DNA of 64,000 nucleotides from Octopus sinensis (Eukaryota). The DNA lies in NCBI RefSeq assembly GCF_006345805.1, contig NC_043000.1, positions 59,830,001 to 59,894,000 on the forward strand, given 5' to 3'. Made by a program: the position numbers and the translations under genes. Shown piece by piece: positions 1-13,204 of the stretch. The notes beneath the pieces were generated by a model, which was given only the letters and a program-made list of their open reading frames with translations, was not told the origin of the DNA and searched no databases. The first letter of the stretch is position 1, and every line of letters starts with the position of its first letter.

Positions 1-979
1 TTTTTCCCTAAATTTTTACCTTCAAACAGCAGTCAAATTTCACTCACACTATCCCTACTATCTTAAAAAGTTAAGAACAGATTTGATAGTGTTATCCCAG
101 ATATATAGGAGGATGAAAATAGGATATGGAGTGGTCATGGTTGCAGTTTCGTTTTCATCATAGGTGTGTTGGATCACAATTGACTCAGAGCTAAGTAAGA
201 TGATGTGATACCAGAAATATCTTTGTTGCATTCCTATTAAAATTTAAGGCTCTTAACAATCCAATTTTATTCACTACAATATGACGACTAAAACAACCAT
301 TAGACTACAACATAATTCAAAATTTACATCTTTTTATCAACATGTAGTGGAGTAACATTTGTAAGAATTTGGACTGAGCTTTTAGTCAAACAAAATCTTT
401 CTCTTTACTCCCACCAGTCTTCATACATACCACCTGAAAAAAGTCATAAGTGTTGCCCTTTTGCCTATAAAATGCCAAAGAAACAGGGATTGAGAAAGGC
501 TAATTCTCACTATATAATCATAACACACAAAAATCTAAAATAACAGTACAGCGCAGATGGCATGAAAAATTTTGTGAATTGAACTTTCATCACATAAAAT
601 ATTCCCATCACAGAAACTCTTACAGAACAAATTAAATTCTAGATTACTGCTCTGGTAAAGCAGGACAGGTCAAACCATAGTGGGGCCTCATAAAATTATG
701 TACCTAGTATATAATTACAAAGCAATGTTTGAACTCATTTACAGTATAGTATCATGCTAGAAATTTAAGTGTTCAAGATAAAAACTAGCAACATGGAATA
801 CTTTAACATAATACACTTATCACCATCACCTTCATAAACTATTCCATGAATTTACACACTTCTGTCATAACAGCTTAGCAAACTCTAACACTTAAATTAC
901 AGAGACTTCAAAGCATACAGCACATATAGTAAAATAAAATTCTGATGATGAGAGATGACACAATAGCATCCTAAATAAA

Positions 980-1290
980 TTCCCTTTATTTCACCAAGAT
1001 AACTACAATAACAAACTCCTCCTCAGACTTCACCTTCTGCTCCACAAACCTAACTACTATAATCACATGGCAAACAAACTCCTCCACCCCACCCTCACAC
1101 CTGTCTTCTGATCACCTCTTGCCCATCATTGCCACAACACATTTAGACATCAATGAACAAAAAAATAATTTTAGACATTTCAAAAATGTCTAGTTGTACC
1201 ACTTCACTGAGAATTATAGTTTACAGAATTGAAGACCATAATCACCAACAAAAATACAACACATATTTAACAAAAGCATTTAAAAAAAAT
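980..1290 (+). mobile_element. Degenerate LINE apurinic endonuclease (APE) remnant
   Basis: Across frameshifts reads SSDFTFCSTNLTTIITWQT and HLSSDHLLPIIATT, resembling the xPDLT...W...LSSDHLPI end of LINE APE domains; broken by stops and indels. Confidence 0.45.
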
Positions 1291-1394
1291 TTAGTCAGAG
1301 GAGGATCAGTTCACATGATCTTCATAGGTTCTTCTGGACTGGTGAGACTGATGTGGTTGATATTCAGTTTGAATATCAAAGGTCCCCTCCTCCT

Positions 1395-1690
1395 CCTCAT
1401 TTAATATCTGTTTTCCATGCTGGCATGTGTTAGATGGTTTGGCTGGAGTTGGAAAGCCAGAGAGCTGCACGAGGCTCCAGTCATCTTTTTTGGCTTGGTT
1501 TTAACAGCTGGATGTCCCTGCCAATCATTTTACAGAGTGTACTGGGTGTCTTTTACGTATCAGTGGCATAGTGCTTTTTATGTCACCAGCACTGCCCATG
1601 ACTACAATTTCATTTAACCTTCTCAAGCACAGCAAATTGTCAGAAGTCTTGGTCATCTGCAGGAAAAGTGCAAGTGCCCAAGGGGGAGGA
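1395..1690 (-). mobile_element. RTE LINE 3' end remnant
   Basis: Reverse complement matches the 3' region of the RTE copies at 31.7-32.35 kb and 37.5-37.9 kb (gctgtgcttgagaag, gtgctggtgacataaaaagcact, ccaaaccatctaacacatgccagcatggaaaacagatattaaatga). Confidence 0.65.
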
Positions 1691-2114
1691 GCATTTTGAG
1701 AAAAGACTGGATAAAGCATTTAGAAGACTCAGTGGAGTGATACAAAAAGGCAGAGCTGAAGAAAGGAGAGATGGATGTGACAACTGGACTTTGGTTGAAG
1801 AATATACAGTCAGCTAGTTTGGAAGATTAGAGGATATTGTAATAGCATCAGACATATGAAAGAAGAAACAACATGTCCGTGGTGGGCTAGTTGTAGTAGA
1901 ATGCTATTGATTAATTTTTTGCTAATCAGCCATATAGTCTTTTTATGAATGGAATCTATATTGTTTTTTACATGGAGCAGTAGCACTTCCCCACATTTGT
2001 AAGTCATGATCCAATAACAGCCACGCTTGTTCATTACAAAGGGCTGATCAGGGCTGGAGAAATTTCTGGCCCTGACAAAGATGTCTAATCTTCAGAATTC
2101 AATTTTTGCAATGC

Positions 2115-2117
<3 letters not shown>

Positions 2118-2157
<40 letters not shown>
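2118..2157. repeat. (TG)n microsatellite
   Basis: About 20 uninterrupted TG units; source of the CVCVCV/HTHT ORFs. Confidence 0.95.
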
Positions 2158-2161
<4 letters not shown>

Positions 2162-2374
2162 CGTGCACGCGTGTGCATGCATATGTGTATCTGAGAGAGG
2201 GAGGGAGAGAGCACCAATATTTTTAGAAGTTTTGAAGGGGTTTTTGTTGTTGTTCATGTGTAGAGAGAATAGAAGCACAAACAAACACTTTCAACCGAAT
2301 TGCCTACACTCAATAAGCAAAATGGCTTTTATTTTTCTAAAAGGAGTTATCAAAACCACACTTAAGATCATCAT

Positions 2375-2770
2375 CATCATCATCATTTTAATGTTCGCTT
2401 TCCAATGCTCACATGAGTAAGATGGAATTTCTTATGGCAGGTTTTCTATGCCTGGATGTCCTTCCTGTTACCAATTCTCCTGTTTTCAAGTAAGGTAATA
2501 TTTTCTCATGGATATGTTTTCATGGAAGACTGGTAATGGAAGACACCACCTGTATGACAGTGACACTGATTAACAATCATGTGATGGCAAGACAAGGGGA
2601 CAACAACTCAAATGCACACAAATATGCACACATTCATATAGCTACATATGTATGATGAGCTTCTTTCAGTTTCTGTCTATCTAATCGATATACAAGGCTC
2701 AAAGGTATAGGAAAAGATACCATGCAGTGGGACTGAGGGCAGAACCAAATGGTTGGGAAGTAAGCTTTTT
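2375..2770 (-). mobile_element. RTE-tail and CORE-type SINE remnants
   Basis: (ATC)n then reverse-complement RTE tail (ttttaatgttcgctttccaatgc...cctggatgtccttcct); 2640-2770 is a decayed reverse copy of the SINE family at 30014. Confidence 0.5.
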
Positions 2771-3439
2771 TTCTACACAGTCATGATAGAAATACAAAGT
2801 GCAGGATGTGAGCTTTCCATGTTAAGCATAATCTTGACTTCCTTTCATCAATTACCAAAGCAACAAGAATATTACAAAAAACCTTAAAGGCCTTGGGGCT
2901 TGATAAAATTACAAACATGTATTTATTATCTTCTGTATGAGTGTGGTCAATTTATATCATTGAATGTATATTAGTTATATATTCTTTGGTGTTACTGTTT
3001 GGTGTTACTATTCTTTGGTGTTACAATGTGCATCACCACCTTCAACTACTTCATATCTGACAAGTCTTAGAATTTAGAAATTGCAAAGAATAACAACAAT
3101 TTTAAAGCTATGGATATGTGGATTGTAACTATTCATTCAGCTGACTGCATGATCAGAGCTGACTTTTTTTTAAGTAATAAACATCTGATAAACCAAAAAC
3201 ATTCTGTTGGGTTGCACATCGCTAGAAGTGCAGGAGAGTAATAGCTAGGTTTACCTGGTATACCAGTACCCACAAGCATACAGAGACAGGCTAGATAATG
3301 GATGGAATATATTTAAAATTCCACACTACAGTTATACAGCAAACTGTATATCAAAATATGTAAATGGTCAACAACTGGGCAAAAAGCTTTGTAAGATGTT
3401 AGAGAGTGTTGTTTTATCTACCAGGTGGTAGGTTACTTT

Positions 3440-3890
3440 TTAGTGTTGATTATCTCCATGCCAGCTCTGAATGAGCAGAGCTATGATCAAGATATTTTAA
3501 GCTTGGCCACCCTATCTTGTTCTCAAATAACTAGGACTACCCCATCTAACATGTCCTTTCTATTGTAAGATAGTAGGGTGTGATTTGAGGAAGATTTAGC
3601 TGTTATTTCTAGCATGTTGCGTGATCATGCAGAGCAGTCATACGCAACACATGGAACCTTCTTAAAAATGTTACCTATACCCGATGTAGAGGCTATCTCA
3701 TTGTTTTTGAATATTGTTGTTGTTTGTTAAGCACCACACTGGTTAGCAGATCTATGATTAAAAGTATTCTAGCCATGATCATCCAGTGTTTCCCCTCCTC
3801 CCTTTGAAGGTAATCGAGTGTCATTTTTTGAAGACGGTAGCATATTAAGGAAGGCTTAGCTGCTCTTTCTAGCAGTTTGAACAACCTGAT
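3440..3890 (+). repeat. Two decayed copies of an unclassified dispersed repeat (family X)
   Basis: Shared motifs gagcagaNctatgatcaa...ccagccatgaccatcc and gaggaagatttRgctgctatttctagca recur many times in the window. Confidence 0.5.
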
Positions 3891-4429
3891 AGAGGCTTTT
3901 TTGTTCTTGCATGCATATAAATATGTGTACTTTTCCAGCTGTGTAGTGGTCTTTCAATACAGATAATTAAATGTTACCAGACATCCTTTATAAAGAAAAA
4001 GAAAAACAAAAAAAAGGTTCATTATCACATAATTCATTAGCAGAAAATCTATTCTCTTTCCCTTGCAGATGTCCCTCTTGTGAGTCACACATTTCATTTT
4101 CATCTATTTCATTAGTGTCATCAAATTAATATTGGATTTTTTTAAACATTTTTTTAATTCCACACATTCTGCTTCATACTTACATTATTACAAGAAGTGT
4201 TATTCAAAAGAGTATTGCTTCCTTTCCTTGGATCACTTCCTATTTTGAAAAATATTCCCAGCAAATGAGGCAACTGAAAGACAGCAGCAACCAGATGTAA
4301 ATAAATTCCTTCTCACCACCTCCCACACAAACCAAATTTCATGAAATATTTTGATTGTTCTGGTTGAGAAATATTTCCAAAACTCCCGAGCAAGTATTTT
4401 CCAACATATTTTACACAAAGAAGAAAACA

Positions 4430-4580
4430 AGGATAATGATGATGACAAGAAGGGTAATGATGAAAACAGCAAGGATAATGATGATGACATCAATGATAAT
4501 GATGATGACAACTATAATAATGATGATGGAGAAATTAAAGATGATGCTGGTGAAAAATGCAGATAATAAAATTGATGATG
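4430..4580. repeat. Degenerate (GAT/AAT)n low-complexity tract
   Basis: Imperfect gat/aat triplets; explains the D/N-rich, M-rich and S/L-rich ORFs at 4233-4603. Confidence 0.7.
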
Positions 4581-6619
4581 GAATAGGATATGTGTGTGTC
4601 TAATGACAGGCACATACAAAGCTGTATAGTTAAGAAGTTAGCTTTGTAACTCTGTGATTCTGCACTCAACCTCAACACATTGTACCTTGAGCAAGTATCT
4701 TTTATCACCAAAGCCTTGTGAGTGAAATTTTGCAGACAGAGACTGTGTGAAAGCCATTATTGTTTTGGGGGTGGTACATTTAATACCACCAATAGACCCT
4801 TGAGTGCCTTTAGTGAAGTTCATTCTGACTCAAGAGTACAGGACCTCTTCTGTGAGAGAATAAATTTTTCCCTCCTGTTAGTAAATGGAGGCCCTCAAAA
4901 AGTTTTCTATTAATGAATTATGTAATGATAGTTTCAAATTTTAGCAAAGAGCTAGCAATTTTAGGGAGAGTTGGGTTAGTTGATTACATCAACTCCAGTA
5001 TTTGACTGGTACTTAATTTTATTGATCCCTAAAGGACAAAAGGCAAACTATATTTGAATCTATATTTGAATCTAAAGTCTCCTAAAATGCCACTAAGCAC
5101 CTTGTACAATGCACTAATGATTCTACAGCTAAGGACACCTGACAATATGTACCCTATGTATTAAGACATTAGAAGAACGTTCCTCCATAGTGATATGTAT
5201 TCAAAAGTTTATCTTGAAGTTCAACATGGCTAAACAAACCTAACACCCTGATAATTTCCAAACCACTGATCAAACTATCTCCTCCTTTTTTTTTCAGGAG
5301 TGACTGCAAAAAGAATCTGCTACATCTGTGGTGTAATGACTGGTATTGCTGAGTGGTTAAGAATTTCACTTCAAAATAACATAATTCTGAGTTCAACTTC
5401 ACAATGTGGTAACTGTCTTATACTATCGCCTTGGGTCAACCAAAGCCTTGTAAGTAAAATTGGTGAGATAGAAACTGTGTAGTAGTAACTGTTCATGGAT
5501 GGTAGACTTAATCTGTCAATCAGTTTAATACTGCCACCTGTCCCTTGAGTACTTTAGTGGAGTCCATTCTTTAGCAAGCATTTAGACCAAGTCTCTGATC
5601 TGAGGATAACCTATATTGTGGCTTCTTCCCGCTTTCTGTTATTAGTCACTAACATTCTGCAAAAAAGGTCAAAAGTATTGCAGTTACTCCCAGACTAAGC
5701 CATCATCAAAATGAGAAAAGCCTTTGAAAGAGGAGCAGTACATGCATAACTGATTAAGTCCACCCAAGTGCATAACAGCTACAATTTTTTATGAAAGTTG
5801 AAAAGGATGGCAGAGAGATTAATATCCCTAATATCTTGGTCCTTTAATGTAGAAGATCCTAAAACAGCTATGAGTTCACCTCTTCTGTTGAACACATACA
5901 GATATAAAAAGGAAACAATACTTGCAAAAACCAAGGTTAAATAAATGAATAAATCTACAAGTCCATACTTGACATTTCACAATACAGGGCTGGTTGACAG
6001 AGATAAATTAAGAACATTGGGAGTGCAGGTAGCCAAGTGAATAAGGTACTGCACAACTAATGGGCTGACAGATTTCTTTTCTTTTTTTTTTTGTCTCTGA
6101 GTGGCTAAACAATTCACATAAAATGACCAAGTTAACCAAAATTAAAATACTTTCCTCTCCAAACTTAAAATACTTTCATCTCCGAACAGAACATAGCAAA
6201 CTGACAAGTGGATTTTTATAATGAAGTGCCCATTTCAACTCCTAAAGTCACTGGATTGCTTAAGAGAAACTACATGGCGAAGTGCACAGTTCAAATCTTT
6301 CTAAGGGCACAGCTTGAAGAGAGATCACTTTGTAAGACTGGATTGCTTAAGTGACACTACATGGGACCTCAAAATGATTTTTTTAAAATCATGCTTTCAA
6401 TTTCTATGAAAATTTTTGGTGTAATATTTTAACAAACTTTAAATAGCTTAAGACCTAAAACCATAACTACAGTCATCTCCCATAAGTATGACATGGCAAT
6501 ATGCACCCTAATTTTTGTAATTGTTTTAAGTGCCTACGTAGCTGCAAATAGATATTAGCAACATTTCATACTTCCCACATTTTAACTCAGCAGAGCATCA
6601 AGGATGTAACAGCTGGAGA

Positions 6620-6770
6620 AAGAAAAGGCTGGTATTCAACTTTAGCTGAGTAGATTCGAACAACATGAAATGAAGTGTCTTGCTCAAGAGTAAAACACAT
6701 TGAATAGTTCAGGAATCAAACCCACAACCTTATAATCATGAGCTCAACACCCAAACCATTAGGTCACATG
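6620..6770 (-). mobile_element. tRNA-derived CORE-like SINE remnant
   Basis: caactttagctgagtagattcgaacaacatgaaatgaagtgtcttgctcaagag...ggaatcaaacccacaacc matches the element at 44948-45203 in the same orientation. Confidence 0.55.
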
Positions 6771-7141
6771 CTTTAGGACCTGACCAAGTCTAAATTCAGA
6801 ACTGACTATATTAAATGACTGATTGCAAGGGAAAAAGTGGTTCGTAAATGTGCTTAAACACATATTAAGAAATAGAGAACACACTCAAACTCAAAAGCAG
6901 GTACTAAAACACAAAATAGCCCACAGTATATAAACTATATAATAAAAATATCAATTTTCTCTAACTATACAAACTCTTCATGGCAATCTGTTAAAAGATT
7001 ATGGTATTCCTCTGTATGGATTAATTTCTTGAAATAACTATATTTCTTATTTTGCTAAGAGAAAACCAAAGAAAAATAAACTTATTACATTAATAAACTT
7101 TTTACACTAAAATGAAAGAATTTGGAAAATATTTATATATC

Positions 7142-7172
<31 letters not shown>

Positions 7173-7503
7173 GTGAGAATTTACAAAAAAACAAAAGACA
7201 AAGACGGGTGTGTAAACAACAATCAGATGCATTAGTTTAAAATATATTAAACATTTTGTAATGAGTATAAAAGATTATAATGTAAATAGTTTCGTTTTAG
7301 CAACAACAAGTAATCTGTGATTGCAGGTTTAATTAAATATGCATGTGTGGGAATCTATGCACATGCTCCTACATCTATATGCATACTGATGTGAACAGAT
7401 ACATGAATTAATATGTTAAACCAGAGTAAGTCCTCTGCTTCCTCCTTCCTCTCCTCCTACAACTCCTACTATTACTACAAATAATAATAAACAATAATAA
7501 CAA

Positions 7504-7952
7504 TGATTTCAAATTTTTGCCACAAGGGTAGCTTGGTGGAGGGGATTAAGTCGATTACATCAACTCCAGTGTGTAACTGGTACTTATTTAATTGATCCTG
7601 AAAGGATGAAAGACAAAACTGACCCCAGCAGAATTTCAACTCAGAAAGTAAAGACAGTTGAAATACCACTAAGCATTTCGTCCAGCATGCTAACGATTCT
7701 GCCAGCTTGCCACCTTAATAGTAATAATAGTAATAATAATCCTTTCTACTATAGGCATAAGATCAGGGATTTGATGAGAGGAGGATAGTCAATCACAACG
7801 ATCCCAGTACTTGACTGGTACTTAATTTATCGACCCTGAAAGGATGAAAGGCAAAGTGGACCTTGGCAGAATTTGAACTCAGAATGTAGCAGCAGACAAA
7901 ATACCACTAAGTATTTCACGCGGTGTGCTAATGATTCTGCCAGCTTGCCACC
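7504..7952 (-). mobile_element. Two chained copies of SINE family A
   Basis: Reverse complements of ggYggYRagctggcagaatcgttagca...ctttgcctttcatcctttc.gggtcgataaa.taagtaccag; copies joined by (AAT)n. Confidence 0.85.

Positions 7953-8000
<48 letters not shown>
7953..8000. repeat. (AAT)16 microsatellite at the 5' junction of the Dong-like LINE
   Basis: Perfect ataataat... run; gives the poly-Asn of ORF 7925..8521. Confidence 0.95.
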
Positions 8001-8003
<3 letters not shown>

Positions 8004-9792
8004 TGTTTGATAAAAATATAAATCATCTCATTTACATGGACGATTTAAAGCTATTTCCAAAAAATGACCAACAACTCAAGGGCTTACTAACAATTGTTAA
8101 ACAATTCAGTGATGACATCAGGATGCAATTTGGCCTCGATAAATGTGCAAAAGCTACCCTTGTCAAAGGAAAATTGAGAGAAACATCTAATGTTAACCTT
8201 GACCAGCAGAATCTCATAAAAGAGTTAGAACCAGCGGAGAGCTACAAATACCTAGGGGTAATTGAAGGGGACGGAATCAAATATGCAGTGATGAGGGAAA
8301 GGATCAGAAGAGAATGTTATAGAAGGGTGAGAGAAATACTGAAGACAGAGTTGAATGCAAGAAACAGGATCAAAGCAATCAATGCTTTAGCCATACATGT
8401 CATGACTTACAGTTTCAATATCATTAACTGGTCAATTACTGAAATATGTAATCTTGATAGAAAAATACGCAAACTGTTGACAATGCATAGAATGCACCAC
8501 CTTAAGGCAGATAGAAACTGACTTTATCGGCCAAGAAAAGAGGGAGGCCATGGACTTTTACAACTGGCAATAACAATGAAGATTGCCACAGTTGGCCTAG
8601 TCACCTACCTGAAAAACTCAGAAGACTGGATGTTAAAACTTGTCTCAAAACATGAAAACAAGAAAGCATCATACTCAGTAACAAAACAGGCAAAGGAATA
8701 TCTAAGTGAATTCCAAATACAACAAATTCCAGAATTAGACATACAAGAAACAAGTGCAGAAAAAGATAAGCGCATGAAAACCCGTGCTAAAACAGCTGCC
8801 TTAGATATTCTGACTGATAAATGGCAAGAAAAACCTCTCAATGGCAAATGCCCAAAGAGAGCAAATAATGCCGATGTTGACAAAGCCCTTACCCATCAAT
8901 GGCTAATGGCTTCTAGCTTAAAATCAGAAACAGAAGGGTTTATCATAGCAGCCCAAGATCAATGCCTACCTACAAGGAACTACCAGGCCAACATATTAAA
9001 GAACGGCTGCTCCACAATATGTCGTGCATGTCAACAACAAAATGAGACCATTGATCATGTTGTCTCCATGTGTAGTTTTCTTGTGCCTACAGAGTATCTC
9101 AACAGGCATGACAGAGCTGCACAATATATTCACTGGGTAATTTGCAAAAACCTGGACATGCCCCATGATAAAAACTGGTGGGAACACAAACCACCTCCAG
9201 TGCTTGAAAATGATCACATCTCACTCCTCTGGAACATCACGATTCAAAATGGCAGAAAGATAGATGCAAATAGGCCAGACATCATATTGAAAGACTTCAG
9301 ACAAAAATCTTGCCTCCTCATTGATATGACTGTCCCAATCAATATAAACGTATCTGTCAAGACCTACCAAAAACTGAGCAAATATAAAGATCTTGAAATA
9401 GAAATTAGCAAAATGTGGAACTTGAAGACTAAAACAATACCTGTTGTCATAGATGCCATAGGACTGATAGCAGAAGGGGCTGGTTGCTACCTAGCTCAGA
9501 TACCAGGAAACCCTCAAAATGGTAGAAATTCAAAAGATAGTGCTCATGGGAACTGCCCACATCCTACGCAAAATACTATGTAATCTCAAATTTTAAAACA
9601 AGCACAATTTTCTTATGGTTTCTTAAACATTCTCTAGAAAAACACTGCATACAACATTAAATATATGGCACCCTAGGCATAACACCAACATGAACTTGCT
9701 GTCTCTTGAGGTCTCTGGGTGAGACTTGGAGCCAACTTGTGCAAATGCAAAGCAAAAGTTAAACATAAAATAGTGGTGATAATAATAATAAT
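8001..9792 (+). mobile_element. 5'-truncated R4/Dong-clade non-LTR retrotransposon (RT C-terminus, CCHC finger, restriction-like endonuclease)
   Basis: HLIYMDDLKLF (RT motif), YKYLG, CRACQQQNETIDHVVSMC (C-x2-C-x8-H-x4-C), RHD, NRPDI, LIDMTVP, KLSKYKDL (PD-(D/E)xK type). ORFs 7925..8521 and 8576..9583 are in one frame, split by a single TGA at 8519-8521 (*LYRPRKEGGHGL). A +1 frameshift near 9514 restores EIQKIVLMGTAHILRKIL. The 3' UTR ends in (TAA)n. Confidence 0.9.
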
Positions 9793-10400
9793 GGTTTCAA
9801 ATTTTGTCACAAAGGCAGCCATTTTAGGGGAGGGGATGAGCCGATTACATTGGCCCCAGTGCATAACTGGGTCTTATTTCATCAACCCTGAAAGGATGAA
9901 AGGCAAAGCCAACCCTGGCGGAATTCGAACTCAGAACATGAAGACAGACAAAATACCACTAAGCATTTTGGCCAGTGTGCTAATGATTCTGATATCAGCA
10001 CAAGGACAGCAATTATAAAGGGGAGGGGATTATTCAATACCATTAACCCCCACCCAGTACTTGATTGAATAATAATAATAATCCTTTTCACTATTAGTAC
10101 AAAGCCTGAAGGGTAACACAAACATAAAATGGTATCTAACTTCTGCCACAAGGACATAAATTATTGGAAAGAAGAGATGGTCGTGGATTTCAGTAAGTGA
10201 CTGAATTAATATGAGTGCATGCAGAGCAATAATAATGGTTTCAAATTTTAGCACAAGGCCAGCAGTTTCAGGGGAAAGAGTTATTAAGTTGATTATATTG
10301 ATCACAGTACTCAACTGGTACTTATTTTATCAACCTTGAAAGGATGAAAGCAAAGTCAACCTCAGTGGAATTTGAATTCAAAACATTAAGACAGACACGA
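9791..10400 (-). mobile_element. SINE family A copies (one near-complete, one partial, plus tail fragments)
   Basis: Reverse-strand matches to the family A core at 9791-9991 and 10233-10400. Confidence 0.75.
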
Positions 10401-10660
10401 TAAAAATGAAAGTTTCTTTTACTGACAAGTGCCCTGATATTGATGGGGACAGTACAAAGATGAAATGCAAAACAAGAAACAATTAGTGTCTTTGTTTCAG
10501 CACAAAACCAAAGTCCTGAGTGCTGGGATTAAATGACACAATTAGTTTGGGGAGCACTGGGGTTAAGGTAAATTCAAAACATAATTATTAAGTCACTCAA
10601 AATGCATGCACACACAAACATTAGAGGCAGAGATAAAATGTTCCTGCTTTTTTTTTTTTT

Positions 10661-10866
10661 ATTTATTGCCCACAAGGGGCTAAACATAGAGAGGTCAAAT
10701 AAGGACAGACAAAGGGATTAAGTCTATTACATCAACCCCCAGTGCATAACTGGTACTTAATTTATCGACCCCGAAAGATGAAAGGCAAAGTCGACCTCGG
10801 CAGAATTTGAACTCAGAACATAACGGCAGACGAAATACCGCTAATCATTTCGTCCAGCATGCTAAT
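10661..10866 (-). mobile_element. SINE family A, gtttagccccttgtggg tail variant
   Basis: Near reverse complement of the young copy at 50472-50697. Confidence 0.85.
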
Positions 10867-11935
10867 ATTTCTGTCTGCGTGTGTGTGTGTGTGAGAGAGA
10901 GAGAGACAGACAGACAGACATTTAAAAAAAAACATTCCTTGAAATTTAAACTAAAACTTTCCAAATCTAAAATCCAAAATTCCAACTGAAATTACAAGTC
11001 AACAAGTGTTAAGCAACATTAAATATATTATTAAAGCAATGAGTGAAATCACAGAATAAAGTTATCACAAACAAATAATAACTTTATAGATGCCTAAGAA
11101 GTACTAAAAAATTTGATAAAGTTCGAAAAAGTGAATCTCATACATTTCATCTGCCTTATTAGAATGGAATTACTACAAAGAAGCTGTTGATATGTTTGTT
11201 GGTGTCATATATATTAAATAAATATCTCAACAACATACATTTCAGGTTTATCTAAAGATGTGAAAATAATTGGAATATATACGCACACATACATATAGTA
11301 AGTATATGTATGTATGTGTGTGTGTGTTTGTATACACCCACATAAGCTTTGACAAAGGGGAGAAAAAGTACTCAATATCATAGTAAAATATAGTAGTTTA
11401 TTTAGGCCAAATCAGAGTAACAGGCTACTGGATCAGCCTTTATATTAATTTATTTACACACACGTAGTGTGCAAGTGTTGTCGTTTACATGCATAAATAT
11501 CAATGTGCCGAATATAGACGTGGTAGCACGTTGCTAAACTCTGCTGTATGTGTATACGAGTGTGTGTTCATTTGTCACTATGTAATTAAATGACATGCAG
11601 GTATACAACTGGACACTAGTAATATTTAGTGAATGTGTTTCACATCTATTTAGTTTTGTTTGTGATCCATTTACATACTCAAATGAAATTGCAGTGTTTA
11701 ATTTGTTACACACACACGCAGAAACACACACACACACACACACACACACACCACACACACACACACAAAGACAGACATACACCCACACATACAAACAAAC
11801 ACATACAGGAAATGTTTTAGAGGGTGGATGCATATGATCTTTGTGTCTGTTCATAGATGTAAAGTGATAGAACAATTTTAAAAAGGACTCAAAAATAAAG
11901 AGGAAATTTAATAGGTGCCCAACACATTTACTCAC

Positions 11936-12022
11936 CTGGCTAGCCTGAATGAAGAGATAACATGCAAACCCCATCCCCAGCAAAAAGATTCCTGGTTCTA
12001 GAAGGTAGTCCAAGTCAAACAT
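11936..12022 (-). CDS. Candidate first coding exon encoding a signal-anchor-like peptide MFDLDYLLEPGIFLLGMGFACYLFIQASQ
   Basis: Non-repetitive sequence with higher GC than its surroundings; ATG at 12022 and a hydrophobic stretch GIFLLGMGFACYLFI; ends in phase 0 at a strong donor CAG/GTGAGT (intron starts at 11935). A possible acceptor tttctttag lies at 12175-12176. No downstream exon was identified and no homolog recognised. Confidence 0.4.
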
Positions 12023-13173
12023 AGCATGACCATGTCCTTTACACAGGCCACTGAAGACTAGGTAAAAATCCAGCCAGACACGACAAATCTGACTACGTCT
12101 CCTCCCAAGTGATGACCCAGGATAGGCAGAAGTTGTTTATCAAGATACAGAATCAATCAGAAAATTGAAAGTTACTAAAGAAACTAAAAATGAACTTAGT
12201 TTAATATCCATTTTCTGTTCTTTCTTTTTTTGATCTTTTTTCTTTTTGAAGTTTTCACTCAGTGAATTTTTTTCACCCCCAGAATATAAATAAATATAAT
12301 TTTAAAAAGTATGAATCAAGTTATGAATTTCTTTTCAATATATACATCATTTTGTAAAAGAATGCTGTCAATTAAATCCAGAGTAAATAAAGAAAAATGA
12401 TAGGCAGATGCATTATGTAAATTTCATACACATATGGCTGTTGCACCCTTCAGTCCGGTTTAAATGCTTGGGTGGTTTGTACTGAAGCTGTTATTTCCCT
12501 CCTTGTGTAGTTTTGGTTTTAAATAAAGGTGACTTCCATTTTCAAATAAACTAGTTCCAACACAGTAATAAAACAATTCCCCCGGTACTTCCAGTATGCT
12601 TCATTTCCATTGAAGAATGGACACGATGACAACACCAATGAAGGAAAAAAGGAAAGGAATAAAGATAGCAAATAAATGCAGCTGGTAGAATCGCTAGAGG
12701 AATGTCATACAGGCAGACTGTCACTCTATGAAATGAATGGACTGTTTGATGTCAACTTGAAGAACAGGTAGTTAGGACTCTTTTTTCTTTCTTCCCCACT
12801 CAACTACAACAGCTGCTGCTGCTGTTGTCAATATTACTACTACTTTTACTACTACTATTATTATTACTGCTGCTGTAATTACGTAGCTCATACCTGAACT
12901 GCTACAACTGTTTACTATAGCAACACTGACTGGACTGCTATAAAAATGCTCTTTTCAATAAACTTGTTTAGCATGCCCTGGTTAACATACACCCTGAACC
13001 ATGGTGTAAAACAAAACAAAAGAAAAACAAAAAAAAAAAAAGAAAAGGATTTGAAAATAACCGGCACAACATGGCATGGCATCATATGGCTTGTTATAAT
13101 TCCATTCCTAAATCAAAAGTAGCTGAGGTTTGCCATTCTTTACAAAGATAGCTATACAAAAAATGGCCCACTG

Positions 13174-13204
<31 letters not shown>

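Noticed and set aside
4233-4603. Acidic or Ser/Leu-rich ORFs as host exons
   Set aside because: Mostly explained by a degenerate GAT/AAT tract; no convincing splice sites or recognisable domain.
5611-5656. Minus-strand exon downstream of the 11936 donor
   Set aside because: The acceptor looks fair, but phase 0 closes after four codons and the only longer frame (MLVTNNRKREEATI*) is incompatible; no good donor.
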